Virus record (IMG/VR): IMGVR_UViG_3300021197_000450 | Coordinates: 1 to 54,097 of that record | DNA from: a virus | Taxonomy: Duplodnaviria > Caudoviricetes | Reading direction: 5' to 3' (one strand) | DNA length: 54,097 nucleotides | Shown here: positions 8,699-18,361 of the stretch, in pieces | How the letters are laid out: each line of letters opens with the position of its first letter | How positions within the stretch are numbered: the first letter of the stretch is position 1 | Program-made: the position numbers and the translations under genes | Notes under the pieces: model-generated | The model's database searches: none | Seen by the model: only the letters and a program-made list of their open reading frames with translations | What the model was told of the DNA's origin: nothing

Positions 8699-10495
8699 TT
8701 AGAATTGTTGACCAACTACTTCATCAAAGTCTACGCCAGTTCTAACAGCAACAAAATTCAGAGTAATGAAGTTGATAGAACGTGCAGGCTTAATGAAGAT
8801 AGTAGCAATGAATTCGTTGCGGTCAATAATCTCAGGTGTATTGTTTGTTTCATCACAAACTACTCTGAAATCGGTAATACCACGGCGACCTTTTACTTCT
8901 CTCAAGAACGGCTCCACAAGGTTAGTAAATTCTGCTCTTGTAAATTCATCGTTGAATTCAAAGAGTACAGACTTTGCTGCTCTTGCGATTGCTCTTTCAA
9001 GAGTAAGGAACAAGCGACGAACGTTAATACGATCAAACGCAGAAGGTCTACGAAGCATGGTCTTATCACCAAACAGTGTAATACCTGCACCTGGAATGTT
9101 CGCAATTGGGTTTACGTTTGCTCTGTAAAGTCTATCTCTATCTGCTTTCACAGGAGAATGTGCAATATCAATAGCCCCAAAATACTGACCTCTTCTCAGA
9201 CCAGCAGGTGAGAACCAAGGAGCAGTCTGTTGATCGGACTGTGCCATCAGACCAGCAGTCGAAGAGTTTGCTGGAATATCAATAAACTGATCGTTGTACT
9301 TATCAAAAACTTTGATGAAGTTGTTATCAAGGAAAAGATAAGAACTAGATGGAAGTAGATTTGCAAAAGTAATTGTATCATCTACAGGAGTAGTTGTGTT
9401 AATTACAGAAGATTTTGGTGGGGATGCAACTACAACACAGTCTTTACGAGTCGTAGCAGCAATGCTGTTAAGATCAGTAATAATTGTGTCTGCTGTAGTA
9501 TTAGCGCCAGTACTAGTAGTCACTGGCGGCGCAATCAAGAAGTCTACCTGATATGCATCTACATCTTCGATAAGATCAAAGCTACTAGCATACTCAGAAG
9601 TAGTAAGAGCACCAGAGTTTGCGCCATTTACAAGGCTGATAGTCTTAACGCCTTGTGCAGTTGCAATCAACTTATAATCATCTCCAGAATCTGCTGCGTC
9701 TGTGCCTGCGCCTGCTACTCTATAGTCAGAGTCAATGTTAGCAGCGTCTACAAGCCAAACATAACCAGATTGGTTGTTAAGAACATCAGCAATGTAATTT
9801 GTTGAGCCATCTGCGTTCTTTGCGTTTCTGGCTAACGAAAGATATGGGAATGTTTCAAGCACTCCGCCTTTGGTGCCCGTAAACTGGCCGTCTTGATCAA
9901 CAACAGCAACATGTACTTCATCACCTACACCAGTTTTACCAGCAAGGTATGAAGAAGTGCCAGGAGCTTGATCAAACTGATTTCTCAGTGACCATGTAGT
10001 AAATGCGGAGTCACCTACATCAAATCCACACATTTGAATTTGAATCGAATTACCAAGTGCGCCTGGATATTTTGCGACAAAGCTATGGCCATCAGAATCT
10101 AAAGCGCTAAGAAGATTGTTGAAATCAGTTTCATTCTTAACAAGTCGTGTGCCTCTAGTAGAAGCGACACTAACACCAGACGAAACTCCACCTGTCTTGT
10201 CAGAATCGTAAGAGTTGAATGCAGCGCTCGTTACAGCACGAATGTTCAGAAGCTGATTAGAATACTTTGAGAAGTGTGAAGCAGTATGAAAATCAACTGC
10301 GTTAGTTGTGTCAGGCGTAGCAAATTTAGAAACAAGGGTTGCTTCATTGTCTACAGACGTGGGTACATTGACTGGACCCCAACGATAGTTACCAACAAAT
10401 ACACCAGTTGTGGTGCCAACGTTTGGTACAATGCCAGTGAGATCAATCTCACGAACAACTACGGCTGGAGACAGCGAAGGCGTGAAAAAAGCCAT
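8699..10495 (-). CDS. gp18: Tail sheath protein gp18
   Basis: SPAVVVREIDLT, PWFSPAGLRRG, FDRINVRRLF, FEFNDEFTR, IKPARSINFI. Confidence 0.97.
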   Translation of the reverse strand: MAFFTPSLSPAVVVREIDLTGIVPNVGTTTGVFVGNYRWGPVNVPTSVDNEATLVSKFATPDTTNAVDFHTASHFSKYSNQLLNIRAVTSAAFNSYDSDKTGGVSSGVSVASTRGTRLVKNETDFNNLLSALDSDGHSFVAKYPGALGNSIQIQMCGFDVGDSAFTTWSLRNQFDQAPGTSSYLAGKTGVGDEVHVAVVDQDGQFTGTKGGVLETFPYLSLARNAKNADGSTNYIADVLNNQSGYVWLVDAANIDSDYRVAGAGTDAADSGDDYKLIATAQGVKTISLVNGANSGALTTSEYASSFDLIEDVDAYQVDFLIAPPVTTSTGANTTADTIITDLNSIAATTRKDCVVVASPPKSSVINTTTPVDDTITFANLLPSSSYLFLDNNFIKVFDKYNDQFIDIPANSSTAGLMAQSDQQTAPWFSPAGLRRGQYFGAIDIAHSPVKADRDRLYRANVNPIANIPGAGITLFGDKTMLRRPSAFDRINVRRLFLTLERAIARAAKSVLFEFNDEFTRAEFTNLVEPFLREVKGRRGITDFRVVCDETNNTPEIIDRNEFIATIFIKPARSINFITLNFVAVRTGVDFDEVVGQQF

Positions 10496-10565
10496 GAGTC
10501 TTCCTCTTTTTCGTTTGAATTAATTATAAGGGTTGCATAATAAGATTTATTTCAAACAGTACTAA

Positions 10566-10573
10566 TATTTATA
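10566..10573 (-). promoter_or_regulatory. Late promoter TATAAATA (gp18-gp19)
   Basis: Exact consensus, intergenic. Confidence 0.8.
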
Positions 10574-10586
10574 AAATAAACAATTT

Positions 10587-12176
10587 TTAGAACATACCTG
10601 TTCTAGTTTCAAACCAAACGTCACCACCATTCACTTCTCTTTTCTCATTTTCAATGCCATCATCAATAAATCCAACTGGAGTTATCTCTTCTTCAATAGC
10701 CTTTATCTTTTCATCATAAAGCATTTGTCTGATACTTAAATCGGACTGATTAATAAATGATTCTGTTCCGACATACCATGCAAACATAACCAAGTTCATA
10801 ACTAAGTCATCATGATTTCCACTTGATGCTTCAAAAGAATTGCCTTTAGCTTCAAAAGTAGAACACTCGGATATTGTATCAATATCTAATAACTCTAATT
10901 TATTTTCTTCAATCAAGTCTTTAAGATTAGAACATCCAATTTGCTTGATCTTTCTGTTCATTGTAACGCCAATTGCATTAGCTTTAATCATTGACTCTAC
11001 ATGTACATTCTCATATTCAATATCATAGTAAAGACCATTCGCCACTACAGAGCCTGCATCATTTGATTCTACAATGACATATGCATCGTTATAGGTCTTT
11101 GCCCATTTATGAATAACACTTGGAAACAAAATTGGAGAAACTAAGTTGTTCTTATAGATAGCAACTTGCTTAAATGGTGTCTGTGTGATATCAATGACAT
11201 TGAATGTAGAATAGTCTTGCCCTCTACCTTTAGCTACATCTACTGTCATAATATAATCATGACCTGACTTTGGCTGCTCATATATTCTAACATCACCTTT
11301 ATCTTCTAAAGGCATAGATGCTTTCATATTCAACAAAGCATCCGCAGCAATCAGTGTATTACCTGTTCCAAAAAAGGTGTTTCCAAACTCTTGTTGGAAC
11401 TGTAATTCTGAAGTGTTTGAGATTGTTTGCTGTTTCCATTCATCGTCTCTGCCAGGCACATCCCACCAGTCAACTCTAAATGATTTAAATTCATTTGTCT
11501 CTTGTACAGCACCTTCATAGATTTTATGAAAAGTATTACCAATGCCGTTAGCTGTAGAAGTAATAATAACTCTTGATGTTTTACCAGATGAGATAACAGG
11601 ATATGTTGAAGTGTAAAACTGTGCTGCATTTTCTACAAACGCAAACTCATCTAGAAACAGTAGATTAACAGACAAACCACGAATAGATGATCCTGATGTT
11701 GCTGCTGCAATAATTCTTGAATTGTTACTAAACTCTAGCGAGCCTTTGTTAAGTGCTTTTGTGCCAGGTTGTAGAAAGAAAGGTACGTTCTCTAGAGCAA
11801 GTGTAATTCTAGCAAGCATCTCTCTTGCAGTAGCGCCTTTGTTTGCTAGAACAGCAATAGTCTGATCCGCATGAAACAGTGCATACCAAAGAATGTACAT
11901 ACATGAGCTAATAGACTTACCAGACTGTCTACACGCTAGTACGATAGAAAATCTACTACTTTCAAAGTGTTCAAACATCTTCTTCTGATAGGGGTACATT
12001 TCAAACGGCACCAGTCCTCTATCAAGATTAATTACTTTACCATATTTTTCAGCAAAGTAAACAGGGTCTTTCATACACTTTTGATATTCTTTGATATCTT
12101 TTTTAGTCCAGGCTTGCTGTACACCGTCTTTCTTGACTTGTGCATTGCCTAGATAAGTTTCTTTTTCGAAATTCAT
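10587..12176 (-). CDS. gp17: Terminase large subunit gp17
   Basis: RQSGKS Walker A, LLFLDEFAFV Walker B, ITSTANG, nuclease DVAKGRGQDYS and HDDLVM. Confidence 0.97.
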   Translation of the reverse strand: MNFEKETYLGNAQVKKDGVQQAWTKKDIKEYQKCMKDPVYFAEKYGKVINLDRGLVPFEMYPYQKKMFEHFESSRFSIVLACRQSGKSISSCMYILWYALFHADQTIAVLANKGATAREMLARITLALENVPFFLQPGTKALNKGSLEFSNNSRIIAAATSGSSIRGLSVNLLFLDEFAFVENAAQFYTSTYPVISSGKTSRVIITSTANGIGNTFHKIYEGAVQETNEFKSFRVDWWDVPGRDDEWKQQTISNTSELQFQQEFGNTFFGTGNTLIAADALLNMKASMPLEDKGDVRIYEQPKSGHDYIMTVDVAKGRGQDYSTFNVIDITQTPFKQVAIYKNNLVSPILFPSVIHKWAKTYNDAYVIVESNDAGSVVANGLYYDIEYENVHVESMIKANAIGVTMNRKIKQIGCSNLKDLIEENKLELLDIDTISECSTFEAKGNSFEASSGNHDDLVMNLVMFAWYVGTESFINQSDLSIRQMLYDEKIKAIEEEITPVGFIDDGIENEKREVNGGDVWFETRTGMF

Positions 12177-12418
12177 TTAATAAATCTTTTGGCAAATTTG
12201 TGTAGTGCATAGAACCAAACACCATTAATCAAAGGTTCTACAATAGCATCTACTGCTGCTAACTCCATTGCTGCACCTGTAATAAGCCAATTACAGATAG
12301 TTGCAATAAAAATATGTCCAATTGTGTAAATTACTGCTAGTAGAATACTTGATTCACCTATCAGTTTTTTTAAGAGTTTAAATATACCTCTAGTCAGTTC
12401 CGTCAGTATCATGTTCAA
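12173..12418 (-). CDS. Small membrane protein, DUF2061-like
   Basis: IYTIGHIFIA...ITGA...AIVEPLINGVWFYALH; two hydrophobic segments; inserted between gp16 and gp17. Confidence 0.6.
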   Translation of the reverse strand: MNMILTELTRGIFKLLKKLIGESSILLAVIYTIGHIFIATICNWLITGAAMELAAVDAIVEPLINGVWFYALHKFAKRFIK

Positions 12419-12737
12419 TTACCTCCATATCGCCCGACAACATCTTTTGTAAATCTGCTGTTGAGCCCACAAATACATTATTTTGAGTTAGCTGTTTCTT
12501 CTCTTCTTTCTTTGTGCCATTTAAGTCTACTTTTTTCTTCTGTAAGTCCATAAGCCTATCAGTAACTTCAGACTGCTGTTTGATCATGCTGGAAAGAACT
12601 TCAAATGCTCTTGGATGCTCAGACTCTCTTGCGACCTCCATCATCAGATCGAGTCCTTCTCTGCCTTTATCAAGCAGCTCATAATATGTTGATCTTGAAT
12701 ACTCAAAATCATCTTTAGCATCATTTTCTTCAATCAT
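12390..12737 (-). CDS. gp16: Terminase small subunit gp16
   Basis: DDFEYSR..YYEL, ESEHPRAFEV, NNVFVGSTADLQKML. Confidence 0.93.
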   Translation of the reverse strand: MIEENDAKDDFEYSRSTYYELLDKGREGLDLMMEVARESEHPRAFEVLSSMIKQQSEVTDRLMDLQKKKVDLNGTKKEEKKQLTQNNVFVGSTADLQKMLSGDMEVIEHDTDGTD

Positions 12738-12782
12738 TAGTATTCCAGTAAAATTAAACCAAAAGTATCTATTGCTTTTATG

Positions 12783-12790
12783 TATTTATA
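12783..12790 (-). promoter_or_regulatory. Late promoter TATAAATA (gp16-gp17)
   Basis: Exact consensus, intergenic. Confidence 0.78.
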
Positions 12791-12801
12791 ATATGCAATT
12801 T

Positions 12802-13647
12802 TTAAATACCAAAAGATACCTTTTGACCATAATGCACAGGAAAATCAAGTGCTTCCATGTATTTTGTAAATGGTGACTTATTTGCTTTCTTAATTACTCG
12901 CTCATCTAAAGAGAAATACTCTTTCCATACGCTATAGTCAGATAACGGAAATCTATGTTCAATACCTCTACTTGCATATAGATCAATTGTGTCAGCAAAA
13001 AACTCAGCAAGTAACTCATCATCGCCTGTTACATAAAGCTCATCAGCACCTAAGCCACTGATCACAACATTATCTGAAATGAAATTAACAATAAAGTCAT
13101 GGCCACTGCCTTCTGTAAATCCATCAAGTATTGTGCCATTGACAAGCTTTGTTCGCTTCTCAAGCACATCTTCATTTTCAATAGATCGTAAAGAAAGAGC
13201 ATTAAACTTTAAGTTTTGTTTTAGCGCAGATGCTGCTATTACGCCAGAGTCGTGTCCGCAACTCATTGTGATAGTCGGACTATCAATACATCTCAGTGCA
13301 ACAGCATCATCAATTGCTTGAAAGAAATCATCGAAGCTGGACTTTCTTTCAAAACCCTGAGGAGGAATATAATATTTTTTAGTTGTATTCCAGTTTTGTT
13401 TACAGTATACTATTTCATTATTTTCAATAACGATAGTCGAGTTTCTAGGTAATTGCCTAGGAGATTGACTGCCTGCAAAATCTGTTATGTAAATAGTTTT
13501 ATTATCTTCAGTAATTTTAACTAGATAATCACCTCTGAGATATCTATAACTATCTAGTCTTTCAGCTTTCCATATCTCAAGAACGTCTACCGGACAAAAA
13601 CCTTTAACTACAATATTCAAGCCGTCATCATTATATAAGTGTTGCAT
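12802..13647 (-). CDS. Asparagine synthetase (AsnB)-like ATP pyrophosphatase with a degenerate N-terminal domain
   Basis: PP-loop variant SCGHDSG (consensus SGGxDS), VISGLGADELY (consensus SGEGADELF), GIEHRFP (consensus GLEvRvP); no N-terminal Cys. Confidence 0.72.
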   Translation of the reverse strand: MQHLYNDDGLNIVVKGFCPVDVLEIWKAERLDSYRYLRGDYLVKITEDNKTIYITDFAGSQSPRQLPRNSTIVIENNEIVYCKQNWNTTKKYYIPPQGFERKSSFDDFFQAIDDAVALRCIDSPTITMSCGHDSGVIAASALKQNLKFNALSLRSIENEDVLEKRTKLVNGTILDGFTEGSGHDFIVNFISDNVVISGLGADELYVTGDDELLAEFFADTIDLYASRGIEHRFPLSDYSVWKEYFSLDERVIKKANKSPFTKYMEALDFPVHYGQKVSFGI

Positions 13648-13651
13648 TTTT

Positions 13652-14440
13652 TTAGATGCTATCGCCTAACCCTGGATATAAGAAAGTTGTTGTAGTGTTG
13701 AAGTCACTGTCTGCAATGATATTTAATGAAGTCGGATTTGGCACAACAGTAATACGCTCAAAGTGATCAATGAGAGTAGCAGTATCAGAGTCCTTAAGAT
13801 CAACAATAGCCTTGCGAATGATCTTGCTATCTGAAATAGGACCAAAGAACTGTGTTTTAATCTCAAAATCTAGAGTGTAAATAATAGTTCTTCTATTCTC
13901 TAGCTGCCCCTCATAGTCATCACTAAAAGACAATCCAATCAGAGAGATTGGCACATCTTCTGTGATATCATTATAATCAGCAAACGGCTTCATTGTAATT
14001 GTGTATGAAGGATTAAAGAAAGGAATAATCTGTTCTAAAATCTGTACAGCATCTTCATTTGCTTTTGCTAAAATATTCAACTGAAAGTTAATAATATATG
14101 GTACCGCAGTAAAGAATTTAGTTCTTACACCGTTATTAGTTGAGACTAGTCTTGAGAAGTTATTTGTTTTTGGTAGCTGCCTGCTTGGATCAAAGTAAAG
14201 AGCAGACATTTCAAACGACATTCTAGGTAACTTAATAGCTAATTTTTCATCAGATAAGTTTTCAGTTTCACGAATACGCTCTAAAAACTTTTGCTTTGGT
14301 GCATAGCTTAAAGGAACTTTCAGTTGACTAATAGTTGCGCCTGAGCTATTCTTTCTCATAACATATATGTTGTTAAACAGTGTGCCAAAAACAGCAACGC
14401 ATTTACGAATCTTTTCGTGATAGAAATGTTGATTTAACAT
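13652..14440 (-). CDS. gp15: Tail sheath stabilizer gp15
   Basis: FYHEKIRKCVAVFGTLFNNI, VPLSYAPKQKF, LPRMSFE, QILEQIIPFFNP. Confidence 0.94.
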   Translation of the reverse strand: MLNQHFYHEKIRKCVAVFGTLFNNIYVMRKNSSGATISQLKVPLSYAPKQKFLERIRETENLSDEKLAIKLPRMSFEMSALYFDPSRQLPKTNNFSRLVSTNNGVRTKFFTAVPYIINFQLNILAKANEDAVQILEQIIPFFNPSYTITMKPFADYNDITEDVPISLIGLSFSDDYEGQLENRRTIIYTLDFEIKTQFFGPISDSKIIRKAIVDLKDSDTATLIDHFERITVVPNPTSLNIIADSDFNTTTTFLYPGLGDSI

Positions 14441-14441
14441 C

Positions 14442-15314
14442 TTATGTCACCTCACCAAATGGGTTGCTTTCACTGAAGTCAATAATGGTATCACCTGTCG
14501 TTTCAAATGCAGCATTCTGACTAAAGGATTGTTGCAGTTCTTCGTTGATAGCAGAGATTGTCTTTGTGATGTTGCTAGTTGTAGAAGTGATAGATGTGCC
14601 TGCGCTAAACGTTCTGAACTTACCATCAGTAGAGCCGATATGTGCAACTTGTAGAATATTAGTAGACGCATCCCAATTCACAATCTCACCTACAAGCTTA
14701 GGACCATTTGCGCTATCAACAAGATATTGAATATTTTCACCAAGCTGGAGCGCATCAGAATCAGATGCAGTAAGTGTTAATTTAATAACGTTACCTAGTG
14801 CCTCAACTTCATCAACAGACTCATTGCCTGTATCAAAGTCTTCATCATTGTACTCAAACAATTCAATGTCAAGTCTATATGTAGGAAGGTTAGATAACTG
14901 ATAGAAAGGTGTGTCATCTACAACTCTCATAATTTCAAAGATTTGATCCGACAAACCAAGATATATCAAATCACCTTCGTTTGGTCTATTGTTCGTGACA
15001 TGTGCGCCCACAACAGCATCCCATCTGCGCCGTGCAACATGCATTGTTGCTCTGTCACGAATTTCTACACCAAACTTGCTGAACAGGTCTTGATCACCCT
15101 CAAAGCCGTCTGTATTTTCAAGATACATCTCAATTGTGTGTGCATTGTCAAATCTAGAAACAGCATCTTCACCAAAAATCTCATCTTCATTGACAAGAGT
15201 TCTTGGTAAATATTCAACATCTTGACCATAAATCTTTAGAGACTCAATAATGATATCTTCATAAAGATTTTGTTCAGACCTTACTGCTTGTGATATATAT
15301 GGATTTCTAGCCAT
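14442..15314 (-). CDS. gp14: Neck protein gp14
   Basis: EQNLYEDIIIESLKIYG, SKFGVEIRD, RPNEGDLIY, DFSESNPFG. Confidence 0.94.
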   Translation of the reverse strand: MARNPYISQAVRSEQNLYEDIIIESLKIYGQDVEYLPRTLVNEDEIFGEDAVSRFDNAHTIEMYLENTDGFEGDQDLFSKFGVEIRDRATMHVARRRWDAVVGAHVTNNRPNEGDLIYLGLSDQIFEIMRVVDDTPFYQLSNLPTYRLDIELFEYNDEDFDTGNESVDEVEALGNVIKLTLTASDSDALQLGENIQYLVDSANGPKLVGEIVNWDASTNILQVAHIGSTDGKFRTFSAGTSITSTTSNITKTISAINEELQQSFSQNAAFETTGDTIIDFSESNPFGEVT

Positions 15315-15317
15315 GTC

Positions 15318-16073
15318 TTATCCTAAAAAGAAGTCAACAGGCATTTCATGAGTAAGTCTGACTTGTTCTCTTAATCTTTCGATTTCTTGAGTTGCATCAT
15401 CATACAATTGTCTGCCGTTCATTGTTACTCCGCCTGGTAGAACCATACCATCAAATTTAATCAAGTTGGCTCCCCATTGTTGCTTAATCAGTTGTGTCAA
15501 ATACTCTTTTAAGAAAATATCATTATATACGTCCGTGTGTGTTTGTGGATCAATTGCTTGATAGACTTCAAAGACAATATATGTACCTGCTTCGATTTTC
15601 TGATTATTGAAATCGCCATGAATATAAATTCTATTTTGATTTCTGCTAAAAGTAATCTGAGGATGACCGTTCAATTTCATATCAAGCAAAGAAACGTATT
15701 GTCGCATTTGCTCATAGTAAGCCAAGTCGCCAATAAACGTATTTAAGTCATAAAGTTCATTAAGAGACAGTTGATATTTTAAATCAAAGAAGTTCGATGA
15801 TGTTGTTCCTGAAGAGTTGACAGGAAAAAGTCTCTGTACAAAAAAGACATTATCGTTTACCGTAATGTATTTGTTAGTTACATCAGTAGCAGTGACAAGA
15901 TGCTTCACATAAGTTCTAAACAATCCATCAGAGTTATACTCCCGATAGAACTGAATAGCTTCATCTACACGATCTTCTACTTGATTCGTTTCTACGTTAA
16001 TTTCAATTACAGGATCACCAAGCTTTCTCTTGCAATAGTCAATCAGTCCCTGTCTAGTAGATGGATTAGCCAT
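15318..16073 (-). CDS. gp13: Neck protein gp13
   Basis: LIDYCKRKLGDPVIEINV, KQQWGANLIKFDGMVLPGGVTMNG. Confidence 0.95.
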   Translation of the reverse strand: MANPSTRQGLIDYCKRKLGDPVIEINVETNQVEDRVDEAIQFYREYNSDGLFRTYVKHLVTATDVTNKYITVNDNVFFVQRLFPVNSSGTTSSNFFDLKYQLSLNELYDLNTFIGDLAYYEQMRQYVSLLDMKLNGHPQITFSRNQNRIYIHGDFNNQKIEAGTYIVFEVYQAIDPQTHTDVYNDIFLKEYLTQLIKQQWGANLIKFDGMVLPGGVTMNGRQLYDDATQEIERLREQVRLTHEMPVDFFLG

Positions 16074-16083
16074 TCAATAGTCC

Positions 16084-18336
16084 TTATGTGTTCAGTGTTG
16101 TGCCAGCAGAGTCTAATATATCTATACGATAGTAAGCGCCATGTTGCCCGTCTAGTCTATCAGCATTAAGATTAGTCACAACAGTTGTAGAAGCTACTGT
16201 AAATGGTGATGTGCCAGTTGTTTTAGCAAAAGCTACTGTTGCGGCATTGTTAAATGTCAGTGTACCACTTGTGTAGGCATCAGTCGCATCGCTTCTTAAG
16301 AAAGCGCCAATTGCTTGGCCACCAAGAGTTGCTGCATTAATATCCGCTACAGTCTTAATATAATCAGAATCTGCTACAGTCTTAATGTAATCAGAATCTG
16401 CTCTGAGTTGTACATATGCAGAATCTACATGAGCAGTAACATCAGCATCGGTATAACCTGCTGCAACTGTAATTGTTTTAGTTGCACCAGTTCCAGATGC
16501 TGTTATATTTGGACCTACAAAATTCAGTGTAGTGGCGGCAGTAGATAATGCACCACCTTCTTCTTGCACAATAAGAGATGCTGCACCAGAAATAACACCT
16601 GTTGCAGAGTCATATGTAATATTTGATCCTGCTGTAATAGCGGCTCTAGCTAACGGTCTAACATATGCAGAGTCTACTAATGCTGTAGTATCAGAGTCTC
16701 CGATAGCAGTAGTATAGACTTTGTATATACCATCTTCAAGCTGACTTCTAAGACCTGCTGTAGAGAATGTTTCGCCAGCATTTGTTGCAATGTTTGTGAG
16801 AGTTACACCTGTACCACCAGCAGTTGTAAATTTATCAGTATTGATACCACCATCTTTGACAGCAAGACCACCAGAAACTCTTTCAATGGTAGAACCGTCT
16901 ACTTTTGCTTGTAGTTCATTAGAAGAGAATTCAAGTCCTGGTGTGCCAGATAAATCAACAGCAAGAGTGTTGCCAGTCTTACTAATACCTTGTCCAGCCG
17001 TAATCTGACCAGCACCAGAGAACTGCACAAAGTGAACTGCACTATCACCAACAATATTTACATTATCTTTCTGTGAGAAGCCGTTACCACCGTTGATAGT
17101 ACCCTCTTGTACGAATACAAATTCACCACCGTTAAACTCGCTGCCGGAGTCCATATCCGTAGTTCTAGTGATACCCTTTGCAGAGTCCCAGCTATAGATA
17201 CCGTTAAATGGTAAATTAGCACCGGTTTCATCTTTGACAATAATTCTATTACCGGCGCTTAATGTAAATCCATCAATAGAGTCAAGACCTGTTGTGGCTG
17301 TAATTAAAATCTTTGCGCCAAATCCTAAAGCGCCACTATCATATGTAATTGCTGTAATATCATTTGTACTTGTGAGAGCGGCAGTTGTTGCTACTTTTGC
17401 AGGGTCTCTAATTGCAAGACCTTGAGCTACTCCGTCAACGTATGATTTAGTTGCAGCATCTTTATCAGAGGTTGGTGCACCAACATCTCTAATTCTTCTA
17501 TTAACAGCAGAAATGCCAGTTGGCTGAGAAAGAATTAAATAATCTGAATCTGCTGTATTATGAATTACAAAGCGAATGCCACCATCAGTAGCATGTGCGT
17601 GAGAATGAATAGTTAATCCTGTACTAGGATCACCAGCAAACTTTGCAACTTCTTCACCATTTGCAGAGTCAAAAACAGCAAACTCGTTAGTAACTGTTAC
17701 GTTAGCAAATGTTGCACTGTCTGTAGCATCAAGACCAATTACGCCACCACTATAACTAATACCTTCTGCTGCACTAAATAGCCCAGTGACAAAGCCAGAA
17801 TCTACAGCAATTGTTTGATCAACACCTTCACCTGCTGCACTAAGAGATTTAATACCAAGTCCAGCAGTTGCGGATTGTACATAGTTGCCAGATGTATTGG
17901 TGGTTAAAGCAATAGTTGGAATTCTTGCAAGTGCGAACGTACCTGCAACAACATCTGCTGTTTGTAAGCCTGGAATTCTTGCAGAGTCGAATATACCATT
18001 ACTAATGTCTGATGTTGAAAGTGCAGGCAGTCTAGCAGAATCGAACGTACCGGAAGTGATTTTCGATGTTGCTAAATTAGGAATTCTAGCATCAACAAAT
18101 GTTCCTGCAACAACATCTGCTGTTTGTAAGCCTGGAATTCTTGCAGAGTCAATAGTACCTGTCAAACTAGCCGCAGGCAAACTACCACTAAAAGAAGCGC
18201 CAGTAATACTGCCAGTTGCAATAATACTACCAGTTGCACTAATATCACCTGTTACATCAACATCAGAATCAGATTGTATGCCTCCCTGTGCGGTAAGACC
18301 ATTTTTTACAATAAAATTCTTATTATCTGCTGCCAT
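16084..18336 (-). CDS. Repeat-rich fibre/virion surface protein (750 aa)
   Basis: G/A/T/S-rich, with fibre-type motifs DAATKSYVD, GNRIIVKD..NGIY, FVFVQEG, NLNADRLDG; internal repeats; upstream of gp13. Confidence 0.75.
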   Translation of the reverse strand: MAADNKNFIVKNGLTAQGGIQSDSDVDVTGDISATGSIIATGSITGASFSGSLPAASLTGTIDSARIPGLQTADVVAGTFVDARIPNLATSKITSGTFDSARLPALSTSDISNGIFDSARIPGLQTADVVAGTFALARIPTIALTTNTSGNYVQSATAGLGIKSLSAAGEGVDQTIAVDSGFVTGLFSAAEGISYSGGVIGLDATDSATFANVTVTNEFAVFDSANGEEVAKFAGDPSTGLTIHSHAHATDGGIRFVIHNTADSDYLILSQPTGISAVNRRIRDVGAPTSDKDAATKSYVDGVAQGLAIRDPAKVATTAALTSTNDITAITYDSGALGFGAKILITATTGLDSIDGFTLSAGNRIIVKDETGANLPFNGIYSWDSAKGITRTTDMDSGSEFNGGEFVFVQEGTINGGNGFSQKDNVNIVGDSAVHFVQFSGAGQITAGQGISKTGNTLAVDLSGTPGLEFSSNELQAKVDGSTIERVSGGLAVKDGGINTDKFTTAGGTGVTLTNIATNAGETFSTAGLRSQLEDGIYKVYTTAIGDSDTTALVDSAYVRPLARAAITAGSNITYDSATGVISGAASLIVQEEGGALSTAATTLNFVGPNITASGTGATKTITVAAGYTDADVTAHVDSAYVQLRADSDYIKTVADSDYIKTVADINAATLGGQAIGAFLRSDATDAYTSGTLTFNNAATVAFAKTTGTSPFTVASTTVVTNLNADRLDGQHGAYYRIDILDSAGTTLNT
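16345..16402 (-). repeat. 27-bp tandem repeat (ADSDYIKTV x2)
   Basis: Seen in both DNA and protein of the 750-aa fibre. Confidence 0.8.
17935..18160 (-). repeat. 18-aa periodic repeat (G[TI]FDSAR[IL]P...), about 5 units
   Basis: SARIPGLQTADVVAGTF occurs twice with near-identical DNA (about 17940-17988 and 18100-18150), with degenerate units between. Confidence 0.8.
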
Positions 18337-18361
18337 GGTTCACTTTCCCCCGATAGCTCAT

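Noticed and set aside
10587-12176. Introns, inteins or homing endonucleases in terminase, portal or capsid genes
   Set aside because: The genes are continuous and of normal length; no such motifs were seen.
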